64,000 nt of DNA from Marispirochaeta sp. (GTDB lineage Bacteria; Spirochaetota; Spirochaetia; JC444; Marispirochaetaceae). The notes below the pieces were generated by a model, which made no database searches, was not told where the DNA came from, and saw only the letters and a program-made list of their open reading frames with translations. Each line of letters opens with the position of its first letter. The stretch's first letter is position 1. The translations under genes were made by a program, and so were the position numbers. The stretch spans positions 192,001 through 256,000 of the forward strand of contig CAXXFF010000001.1 in assembly GCA_963676835.2 (NCBI GenBank). Reading direction: 5' to 3'. Below, piece after piece: positions 50,860 through 59,424 of this stretch.

Positions 50860-53396
50860 CAGTTATTATCGCTGCTCAGCTTCTTGGCAATTTCACGGAT
50901 TTCGATAACCTCAAAGGTATCGCCAACCTGAACATCAAGATAATCTTCAATACCGATACCACATTCATATCCGGTGGCAACCTCTTTCGCGTCATCCTTG
51001 AAGCGTTTGAGAGAGGTAATCTTTCCGGTATGAATCTCAATGCCGTCCCGCACAACATGTACAGTTGCTCCGCGGGTAACCTTACCTGAAGTAACGTAAC
51101 AACCGGCAATAAGACCGATCTTGGGTACCTTGAAGGTATCCCGGACTTCCACGGTTCCGACGGTTTCTTCCCGGAGTTCCGGAGAAAGCATACCTTCCAT
51201 GGCATCCCGAATGTCGTCTACGGCATCGTATATGATTGTATACTTACGTATCTCAACCTTTTCCTGTTCCGCAAGCATCTGAGCCTTGGGAGTCGGACGG
51301 ACATGGAATGCGATAATAATTGCATCCGATGCGGCTGCGAGACTTACATTAGACTCGGTTACCGTACCTGCAGATGCATCGATGACATTAAGCCTGATTT
51401 CGGGAGTACTCAGCCGTTCGAGGGCCATCTGAAGGGCCTCAACTGAACCGTGAACGTCACCCTTGATAATTACCTTGAGCTCCTGAACACCACCCTGCTG
51501 AATGGAATCATAGAGATTATCAAGAGTAATTTTCTTGACATTCTTTGCCTCTCCGGCTTTCTCAAGTTCCTGCCGCTTGTTACCAACCTGGCGGGCAACC
51601 TTTTCATTTTCGGTAACCTGGAAGGGATCACCCGAACTTGGGGTACCGGTAAATCCAAGAACCTCTACCGGTGTTGCAGGGGTAGCCTCATTAACCTTGT
51701 TGCCAAGATCATCAAACATTGCCCTGACCTTACCGGGGAAAACGCCCGCAACGAAGGCATCACCAACCTTGAGTGTACCCCGTTCGACGATCACTGTACC
51801 CACAATACCGCGGCCATGATCAACTTTTGACTCAATGATTCGGCCTTCGGCACGGCAATCATAATTTGCCTTGAGCTCCATGACTTCAGCCTGGAGATTT
51901 ATGGTCTCCAACAGCTCCGGAATTCCCTGCCCTTTAAGAGCTGAAACTTCGCAGAACATGGTGGAACCGCCCCAGTCTTCGGGCATAAGTTCATATTCAG
52001 AAAGCTGCTGCTTTACCCGATCTATGTTTGCTTCAGGAAGATCGACCTTGTTTATTGCCACAATAATCGGAACTTCCGCAGCCTTTGCATGGTTAATTGC
52101 TTCGGCCGTCTGTGGCATAACACCATCGTTAGCCGCAACTACGAGTACAACAATATCGGTTACCTGAGCTCCGCGGGCACGCATCTGTGTAAATGCTTCG
52201 TGACCTGGAGTATCAAGGAAAACAATATCTCCACCACCATCGGCGAGGGGCACCTTGTATGCACCTATATGCTGGGTAATACCACCAAACTCACCGCCGA
52301 CCACATTGGTTGCCCGAATGCTGTCCAGAAGCTTGGTTTTACCATGATCGACATGTCCCATAATGGTAACAATCGGCGGCCGCGCTTTAAGGTCTGCGTC
52401 ATCCTTGTCATCGCTTTCAATGAGAGTTTCATCGTAAAGGCTGACAATTTTTACATTAGACCCGTACTCTTCAGCCAAAAGCTGCGCTGTATCGGAGTCG
52501 ATCTGCTGGTTAATGGTAACCATCATTCCCATGCCCATAAGCTTGGAAATAAGCTCGCCAGCCTTGAGATTCATCTTTCTTGCAAGTTCGGAAACCGTTA
52601 TTACTTCCATAATATCGATCTCTTTGGGAACCGGGTTTATTTTCTTGATGGGACGCTTCTTTATCTGAAAATCCCTTTCAGCAAGTTCTTCCTTGCGGTT
52701 CTTCTGATATGCAGCCTTTTTCTTGGCCTTGAAGAACTTTTTACCGGTTTTGCTCTTGCCTTCGCCAGCTTCCGGTGACGGTGCCGCTGAAGGAGCTCCG
52801 CCGCCACCTCCGGGCCTGCGGAAATTTCCCCCCTGAGGCCTGCCGGGACCACCTGGTCGCGGGCCGCCTGGCCTGGGCCCTCCGGGACCACGATTACCGC
52901 CGGGTCGCCCGCCCTGCCGGTTATCGGGTCCGGGGCGCCTGTTTTCCTGGGGTTTCTGTTCCCTCTGGGACCGTGGCAGACCGGTGCGCATACGGGTATA
53001 ACCACCGGTGCGCCCTTTCTGTGTCTGGCGTATTTCTTCCTGACTGTCTGAAGCAGCTTTTGCCCTTGGGGCTTCAGCAGCAGGTTGTTTAACTGTGTCT
53101 TCAGATACCGCAGCTGCGGGTGCAGGTTTTTCCTGGGGTTTGTCCTTCTTAGGCTCTTCCGCAGGCGCTGCCTTATTTTCCGCCGGAGCAGGAGTTTCTT
53201 CCTGAACCTTTTCGACCTCGGGGGCATCTTCTTTTTTGGCCACAACTCGAGGAACGGGCTTTTTCTTTTTCTTGACAACGACGACCCGCTTTTTCTCCTG
53301 TTTTGATTCTTTGGAATCCGGAGATGATTCTTCGGGCTTTTTGTGTTTTATGAGGGTCGCTTTTGGTTTCTTCTTATCTTCCTGTTCTTCAGCCAT
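50859..53396 (-). CDS. infB: Translation initiation factor IF-2
   Basis: GHVDHGKT, DTPGH, NKVD, SLKRFKDD. Confidence 0.97.
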   Translation of the reverse strand: MAEEQEDKKKPKATLIKHKKPEESSPDSKESKQEKKRVVVVKKKKKPVPRVVAKKEDAPEVEKVQEETPAPAENKAAPAEEPKKDKPQEKPAPAAAVSEDTVKQPAAEAPRAKAASDSQEEIRQTQKGRTGGYTRMRTGLPRSQREQKPQENRRPGPDNRQGGRPGGNRGPGGPRPGGPRPGGPGRPQGGNFRRPGGGGGAPSAAPSPEAGEGKSKTGKKFFKAKKKAAYQKNRKEELAERDFQIKKRPIKKINPVPKEIDIMEVITVSELARKMNLKAGELISKLMGMGMMVTINQQIDSDTAQLLAEEYGSNVKIVSLYDETLIESDDKDDADLKARPPIVTIMGHVDHGKTKLLDSIRATNVVGGEFGGITQHIGAYKVPLADGGGDIVFLDTPGHEAFTQMRARGAQVTDIVVLVVAANDGVMPQTAEAINHAKAAEVPIIVAINKVDLPEANIDRVKQQLSEYELMPEDWGGSTMFCEVSALKGQGIPELLETINLQAEVMELKANYDCRAEGRIIESKVDHGRGIVGTVIVERGTLKVGDAFVAGVFPGKVRAMFDDLGNKVNEATPATPVEVLGFTGTPSSGDPFQVTENEKVARQVGNKRQELEKAGEAKNVKKITLDNLYDSIQQGGVQELKVIIKGDVHGSVEALQMALERLSTPEIRLNVIDASAGTVTESNVSLAAASDAIIIAFHVRPTPKAQMLAEQEKVEIRKYTIIYDAVDDIRDAMEGMLSPELREETVGTVEVRDTFKVPKIGLIAGCYVTSGKVTRGATVHVVRDGIEIHTGKITSLKRFKDDAKEVATGYECGIGIEDYLDVQVGDTFEVIEIREIAKKLSSDNN

Positions 53397-53428
53397 AGTT
53401 CCTCAGTCTGCTATTTCGGATTGTGTCC

Positions 53429-54880
53429 TTACTCTTCTTCGTCCGATACTTCAAAGCTTAAACCGACACCGCAATTTGGACAGTTTGCCATATCGATTGT
53501 GATTTCATGTCCGCATTCTGGACATTCGTACGAATCCTCAGCATCAGGCACGTACTCCGAATCTGCTTCAGTATTCTCTTCTTCTTCCTCGATAATGTCA
53601 ACATTCTCGTTGATTATGGATGTTATGGTCTCAACATCATCAGCGCTGAGTCCCTCCATATTACCCATTTCATCTTCGGTAAGATTAATCAGGTCTTCGA
53701 TGTATTCGACATTATTTTCCTCGAGGGCCGATACAATATGCTCCGGAATATCCGGCAATTCTGCGATGCGGGTAATCTCTTCTTCTTCCACATCACTGAA
53801 AAGGGCTTCCATTGCCTTTTTACTTTCAGCGGAAATATCCATCTCTTCAAACTGAGCGATGGTTTTTACATCGATATTCCAGTCAACCAGCCGGTTGGCA
53901 AGACGCACATTAAGCCCCTGCTTTCCGATTGCAAGGGATAACTGGTTCTCTTCAACCACCGCAAGAGCCTGCCGTTTCGCCTCATCGAGGATAACAACTG
54001 TTTCCACTTCCGCGGGAGAAAGTGCATTCTTAATAAAATCTCTGGGATTGGTATCGTATTTGAGGATATCGATTTTCTCACCCTCAAGTTCACGTACAAT
54101 TGCCTGAATACGAACACCTTTCATACCTACACAGGCACCTACCGGGTCGACATCTTCACGGTTTGAGTAGACTGCAAGCTTGGTACGGTAACCCGGCTCC
54201 CGGACTATCTTGAAAATCTCGACGGTTTTGTCATATACCTCGGGTACTTCAAGCTCAAAGATCCTGCGAACAAAATCGGTATGTGTCCTGGACAGAACAA
54301 TCTGCAGCCCCGAAGTTGTCTTGTTCACTTCGTAAATAAGCGCCTTGATCCTGTCGTTGGGCCGATAAATTTCCCGGGGGGACTGGTAGCGCTTGGGCAG
54401 TATACCTTCTACCCGACCGAGATCAACAAAAATATTGCCGTTCCGTTCGCGCTGATAATAGCCGATGATCATCTCACCGGCCTTTTCAGCGAACTCTGAA
54501 TACAGCGTGTCTTTCTGTATGTCACGAAGCGTCTGCTTTGCCTTCTGTTTGGCACTCTGTACAGCTACACGGTCAAACTCCTGAGGATTTATCTCAATCA
54601 GCAGTTCATCGCCCAGCTCACAGTCCTCATTTAAAATGAGGGCCTCTTCAATGGCTATCTCAGTGACCTCGTCATATACATCATCAACAATCTGCTTTTT
54701 GGCAAACAGTGCTACTTCGTCACCTTCTTCATCAAAACGAACAACAGCATTATCAGCATGCCCGAATTTTTTCTTATATGCCGCAAGAAGAAAATCTTCT
54801 ATTGTTTTCATTACCAGATCTTCAGAAATCCCACGATCCTGAACTATAGATCTGATAGCATCAGCTAAACCAGAGGCCAT
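53429..54880 (-). CDS. nusA: Transcription termination factor NusA with C-terminal acidic region and Zn ribbon
   Basis: S1/KH core (REPGYRTK, DPVGACVG, SLAIGKQGLNVRLA) plus CPECG..CPNCG. Confidence 0.96.
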   Translation of the reverse strand: MASGLADAIRSIVQDRGISEDLVMKTIEDFLLAAYKKKFGHADNAVVRFDEEGDEVALFAKKQIVDDVYDEVTEIAIEEALILNEDCELGDELLIEINPQEFDRVAVQSAKQKAKQTLRDIQKDTLYSEFAEKAGEMIIGYYQRERNGNIFVDLGRVEGILPKRYQSPREIYRPNDRIKALIYEVNKTTSGLQIVLSRTHTDFVRRIFELEVPEVYDKTVEIFKIVREPGYRTKLAVYSNREDVDPVGACVGMKGVRIQAIVRELEGEKIDILKYDTNPRDFIKNALSPAEVETVVILDEAKRQALAVVEENQLSLAIGKQGLNVRLANRLVDWNIDVKTIAQFEEMDISAESKKAMEALFSDVEEEEITRIAELPDIPEHIVSALEENNVEYIEDLINLTEDEMGNMEGLSADDVETITSIINENVDIIEEEEENTEADSEYVPDAEDSYECPECGHEITIDMANCPNCGVGLSFEVSDEEE

Positions 54881-54889
54881 AACTACCCC

Positions 54890-55336
54890 CTACCCCTCAG
54901 ATATTTTCGCTTTAACAATGTCGGAACTCCCGTATCGTTTCTCGCCACCTTCAGTGACAAGTACTATCTCTTTTTCATCGGCGGATTCAAGAACACCTGT
55001 AACCCAATCATTGGTACCTTCCGCCATTACTTTGATTTTTGCCCCGGTGAACAGAGAAAACTCCCTGAAATATTTAATATTGCGGGAAATACCCGGGGAT
55101 GATACTTCAAGATTTATATCCCGTGAATCAAGAAGCACCTCAAGCCTCGGCATTACTGTACGGTATACTTTTGTACAGTCATCAAGGCCTACACCTTCAG
55201 AACGGGTAATAAACAGGGACACCTGAATGCTTCGCTTGACCTGACGCAGCTGAGCTTCAACCACGCCGTAACCCATTTCCTGAATAATAGCCACCGTCGA
55301 CTCAAGTTCAGGGCTTATTCCTGTTCCCTCTTTCAT
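54890..55336 (-). CDS. rimP: Ribosome maturation factor RimP
   Basis: GVGLDDC, LEVSSPGI.R; start tentatively ATG 55336. Confidence 0.88.
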   Translation of the reverse strand: MKEGTGISPELESTVAIIQEMGYGVVEAQLRQVKRSIQVSLFITRSEGVGLDDCTKVYRTVMPRLEVLLDSRDINLEVSSPGISRNIKYFREFSLFTGAKIKVMAEGTNDWVTGVLESADEKEIVLVTEGGEKRYGSSDIVKAKISEG

Positions 55337-55382
55337 GATGCCTAAAATTGCTCCTTGAAACATCAGGTTTTGACGATGATAC

Positions 55383-55408
55383 AAAAAAAAGAGTCGCTGG
55401 CGACTCTT
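55383..55408 (-). terminator. rimP-leader terminator hairpin (attenuator in the 5' UTR)
   Basis: AAGAGTCG-CCAG-CGACTCTT with T8 tail, located between the promoter and rimP. Confidence 0.78.
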
Positions 55409-55439
55409 CCTTCTCGTCGTTCCTGTATATGTCGTTATT

Positions 55440-55468
55440 ATATTATCAATCACCATGCTCCTAGTCAA
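55440..55468 (-). promoter_or_regulatory. Putative sigma70 promoter of the rimP-nusA-infB operon
   Basis: TTGACT-17nt-TAATAT with TG extension. Confidence 0.62.
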
Positions 55469-56183
55469 TAGCTATAACTATCTGCAGAGCCGGTGTATAT
55501 CCGGCAATCCTGAGTGCCGCTTCCGCCGACCTCAGACTTGCGCCGGTGGTTCGTACATCATCAATAATTATCACCCTCTGCAGATTCCCCTTTTTTCTGC
55601 AGGGCCTGCAGCTGAACAGCTGACCTGAAGATTGCCGTTCTTCCCGGCTCAATCCTTTCTGCTCACCCTTCCTGATTCTCTTTAAAAGCCCTGGAGCACT
55701 GGTAAACCCATTTTTCGCCATAAATGCAGCCACTGTTTCCATATGTCCCCAGCCATTGCGTCTGCGGGATCCCTTTCCCGATGGTAATGGAACTATCAGG
55801 TAATTTTTCATATTGTCCGGGATAAGTTCGGCTATGCAGATAGAGAAAAATTCAGCTGCTGTACGGATTCCGTTAAACTTGTACCGCCGGATAAGAAACC
55901 TTGCAGCGCCGCGGTAGGAAAAAACCGCCTTAGCCGGAATTCCGATATAATCATTTTTCCGGCATAAAACACAAGTACCGCTTTCACTTACAAGACGTTG
56001 TCCGCAGGAAATGCAGCTGTTGCCGCCGATCCTCTGCAGCGCCAGTTCTTCAAGGCATGAGTCACAGAGACCATGCCTCAGCTTTCTGCTGTCAGCAACT
56101 ATATTTCTGCATAGAATACATCGTGGAGGGAAAAGGATATCGAGAAAGCGGTGTATACCAAAGCTTGTATTTTGACGGCACAT
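55461..56183 (-). CDS. comF: ComF family protein (double Zn ribbon + phosphoribosyltransferase domain)
   Basis: LFPPRCILC..CDSC..CISC..CVLC; IIDDVRTTGAS. Confidence 0.87.
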   Translation of the reverse strand: MCRQNTSFGIHRFLDILFPPRCILCRNIVADSRKLRHGLCDSCLEELALQRIGGNSCISCGQRLVSESGTCVLCRKNDYIGIPAKAVFSYRGAARFLIRRYKFNGIRTAAEFFSICIAELIPDNMKNYLIVPLPSGKGSRRRNGWGHMETVAAFMAKNGFTSAPGLLKRIRKGEQKGLSREERQSSGQLFSCRPCRKKGNLQRVIIIDDVRTTGASLRSAEAALRIAGYTPALQIVIAID

Positions 56184-56216
56184 ACCCTATGAAACCGCGG
56201 ATACCCGGGGCTTGCA

Positions 56217-58790
56217 TCAGGAAGTGAGAGAATTTCTTATACGATTTAAAAAAACAAGGGCTTCCAGTGGTGTAGTACTATCGATGTTCAGGTTAATAAT
56301 TTCCTGAACAGCCATATCCTCTCTGCCGAAAAGATCCTCCTGAAACTCTTTATTATCAATACCGCCAGGACAGGGAGGAGCTGTTGCATCCAGAGAACCG
56401 AGAATTGCAGCGGCTCTCCGGATAACCTCGTCGGGGATGCCCGCAAGCCTGGCCACATGGATTCCGTAGGAACTCCCGGCGGCACCATGCTTAAGGCGTT
56501 TGAGAAAAATAACATCTCCATCTTTTTCCAGCACTTCCATATGCAGATTGCAGACATCAGGATCTTCCATGGTGGTCAATTCATGGTAGTGGGTAGCAAA
56601 AAGGGTGTTCACCTTATGACGGATAATATACTCCGAGACCGCCCAGGCAATGGACAGACCGTCATTTGTGCTGGTTCCCCGTCCAACTTCGTCCATAATA
56701 ACCAGACTTGATGGTGTCATATAACGGAGAATATTGGCAGTCTCATTCATTTCTACAAGAAAAGTTGACTCTCCCCGGGCAAGATTGTCCGAGGCGCCCA
56801 CCCTGCAGAAAATTCTGTCTACAAGACCAATACGGGCCTCCCTTGCGGGAACAAAAGAACCCATCTGGGCCATGAGTACGATCAAAGCCGTCTGACGAAG
56901 CACCGTTGATTTTCCTGCCATATTGGGTCCTGTAATCAGGGCAAAGGGAGGCTTGTCACCGCCCAGAGCAATACTGTTCGGAACAAATTCCCCGGGAGGG
57001 AGATACTTCTCAACAACCGGATGGCGTCCCTCCTCTATGCAGATAGAGTTTTCCCCCTTGATTTCTGGCCGGACAAAACCATGAATAGTAGCTGCACACG
57101 CCAGCGCCGCCAAAGCATCCAGTTCTGCAATAAACTCTGCATGCCGAAAAAGGGTATCCAGATAGGCTGCCACATCTGCCCGCAGCTGCAGAAACACCTC
57201 TTTTTCCAGTTCAAGAGCCCGTTCATCCGCACTGTTGACTTCAGTTTCAATTGCAATAAGCTCATCGGTGGTGAAGCGTTCACTGCCTACAAGGGACTGT
57301 CTGCGGATAAAATGGTCCGGTACCATCTGAAGATTACTTTTGGTAACCTCGAAAAAATACCCGATTATTTTGTTATACTTAATTTTCAGGTTTGAAATTC
57401 CCGTTCGCTCACGTTCCTTCTCAATATATTGATCAAGAACCTTTTTGCGGTCTTTACGAATATTACGCAGGCGGTCCAGTTCTTCATGATATCCCTGAGC
57501 AATAAGTCTTCCCTCTGTAAGCAGAATCGACGGATCGGGATGGACCGCAATGCTTAGAAGCTTATTAACCTCAGCCCCCCTGGAAGCCTCCTCTTCGGAG
57601 AGAACCGGGATGCCTTTAAGTGATCCTGATGCTGCAAGCAGGGTATGGACTGAAGCAATACTATAAAGTGTGTTGCGTATGGAAAGAAGATCCTTGGCAT
57701 GGGCTCTTCCCAGGGCAACCCGGGTTCCGAGCCTCTGAAGATCCAGAACGCTTTTCAACTGGTCCCTCAGATCGTTAAGCAGCATCTGCTCGTGATAGAG
57801 TGATTCCACTGCATCGAGACGCCGGTTGATCAGATCACTCTGCCTTAAGGGGTGCAGCACCCAGCTGCGAAGAACCCTTGCCCCAGGAGCTGTCTCTGCA
57901 TAATCGAGAACATCAAGCAGGGTATACTTCTCCGACCCGTCATTGAGGTTTCTTACCAGTTCAAGATTCCTCTGGGTGGCATTGTCTATTCCGACATATG
58001 TTTCATCACCATATTTTTCTATGGAACGGATATGAGCCGCTGCCGTCCGGGCTGTTTCTTCGATATATTCAAGCAATGCAGCTGCGGTCATTACTTCCGG
58101 ATCTTTCTCTCCGAGTCCGAAGCCTTTCAAATTAGCCGTATGAAACTGGGTACACAGCTTCTTGTAGGCACCTTCCTGATCAAAATGCCAGTCTGGAATC
58201 CTGTTAAGCAGAAGAGAGTTGCGGGAAGAGAGGATACGCCGTACATCATCGTTCTCATCATACAGCGATTCCTGGATCAGAACTTCCTTCGGATCGAGCC
58301 GATTCAGTTCCAGGGCCAGATAATCGGTAAACCTGGAGAGCTCCACCGCTGTGGCTTTGAAATCGCCGGTTGAGATATCTATATAGGCAATGGAACCCTG
58401 TCCATTATAGAGACCCGCAGCCAGAAGATAATTATTGCGCCGGTTCTCCAGAAAATCCTCTTCCAGGACCGTACCGGGGGTAATAATCTCCACAACCTTG
58501 CGCTCGGCAATACCTTTGCCTCCTTTAGGCATGGCGGTCTGCTCACATACGGCAATTTTTTTACCCGCCTTGAGGAGGCGGCCGATATAAGCGGAGGCGG
58601 CATGATAGGGAATACCGCACATGGGGATATTGTGTCTTTTAGTAAGGGTGATATTAAGAATACCCGAGACCTCCTTTGCATCCTGGTTGAACATTTCATA
58701 GAAATCTCCAAGCCGGAAGAAAAGGATGGCGTCCCGGTTTTCCTGCTTGATCCGCAGGTACTGTTTCATCATGGGTGTATTTTCTGACAT
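56217..58790 (-). CDS. mutS: DNA mismatch repair protein MutS
   Basis: TPMMKQY, FRLGDFYEMF, TGPNMAGKS, STFLVEM, DEVGRGTS, FATHYHEL. Confidence 0.97.
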   Translation of the reverse strand: MSENTPMMKQYLRIKQENRDAILFFRLGDFYEMFNQDAKEVSGILNITLTKRHNIPMCGIPYHAASAYIGRLLKAGKKIAVCEQTAMPKGGKGIAERKVVEIITPGTVLEEDFLENRRNNYLLAAGLYNGQGSIAYIDISTGDFKATAVELSRFTDYLALELNRLDPKEVLIQESLYDENDDVRRILSSRNSLLLNRIPDWHFDQEGAYKKLCTQFHTANLKGFGLGEKDPEVMTAAALLEYIEETARTAAAHIRSIEKYGDETYVGIDNATQRNLELVRNLNDGSEKYTLLDVLDYAETAPGARVLRSWVLHPLRQSDLINRRLDAVESLYHEQMLLNDLRDQLKSVLDLQRLGTRVALGRAHAKDLLSIRNTLYSIASVHTLLAASGSLKGIPVLSEEEASRGAEVNKLLSIAVHPDPSILLTEGRLIAQGYHEELDRLRNIRKDRKKVLDQYIEKERERTGISNLKIKYNKIIGYFFEVTKSNLQMVPDHFIRRQSLVGSERFTTDELIAIETEVNSADERALELEKEVFLQLRADVAAYLDTLFRHAEFIAELDALAALACAATIHGFVRPEIKGENSICIEEGRHPVVEKYLPPGEFVPNSIALGGDKPPFALITGPNMAGKSTVLRQTALIVLMAQMGSFVPAREARIGLVDRIFCRVGASDNLARGESTFLVEMNETANILRYMTPSSLVIMDEVGRGTSTNDGLSIAWAVSEYIIRHKVNTLFATHYHELTTMEDPDVCNLHMEVLEKDGDVIFLKRLKHGAAGSSYGIHVARLAGIPDEVIRRAAAILGSLDATAPPCPGGIDNKEFQEDLFGREDMAVQEIINLNIDSTTPLEALVFLNRIRNSLTS

Positions 58791-58799
58791 CTCTCAAGG

Positions 58800-58828
58800 A
58801 GTATAATTACAGTCAGAAAAAGGGACAA
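58800..58828 (-). promoter_or_regulatory. Putative sigma70 promoter of mutS
   Basis: TTGTCC-17nt-TATACT-9nt-ATG. Confidence 0.5.
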
Positions 58829-58849
58829 GCTCCAAGGAGCCGGGAGTAA

Positions 58850-59371
58850 TCAGCCCCCGGCGTTCTGCATAAGTTTTTCTATAACAATATCTGTAATATC
58901 CACATCTTTTGAGAAGAAAAGGATATTGGGATCCTGAGCCTTATAGATAACCGCGAATCCCTCTTCCTCGGCGACATACTCAATAGCCTGGAGAATTTCA
59001 GCGGACAGAGAGGATGATGCCTGAAGGTTTTCCCGCAGCCGGTTGATCTTGTTAGTCATTACACTGTGGTAATCTTTAAGATACTCCTGCTTGTCATCTA
59101 TCTGTTTTTCAATCCTTAATACAAGGCTGTCGTTGCCGTCCCGCTGGGCACTCAGCTTGTCCTCTTTAAGAATATCTATCTGGCTGATTATTCTCTGCCG
59201 CTCAGTTTCGTAGGTCTGCTGCAGCTCCTCAATTTTGCGGAAAGATACAGATTCCCTGAAATACTGACTGAATATTTTTGAAAGATCCACAACTCCAACC
59301 CGGCTTACAATTTCACCGTAGCCGGAAATCAGAGTTATCATCAGAAAAAGTGCTGTTAAAATACGTTTCAT
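58850..59371 (-). CDS. skp: OmpH/Skp family periplasmic chaperone
   Basis: Signal peptide, VGVVDL, AIEYVAEEEGF..DITD.VI; downstream of bamA. Confidence 0.87.
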   Translation of the reverse strand: MKRILTALFLMITLISGYGEIVSRVGVVDLSKIFSQYFRESVSFRKIEELQQTYETERQRIISQIDILKEDKLSAQRDGNDSLVLRIEKQIDDKQEYLKDYHSVMTNKINRLRENLQASSSLSAEILQAIEYVAEEEGFAVIYKAQDPNILFFSKDVDITDIVIEKLMQNAGG

Positions 59372-59424
59372 TAAACCCCGCTTCCCACCCTGTCAGACCA
59401 GGGCGGTTTTCTACTATAGACCGA

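Noticed and set aside
52790..52945. GC-rich repeats in infB
   Set aside because: They encode the usual RPGG/PRPGG low-complexity IF2 N-terminal region
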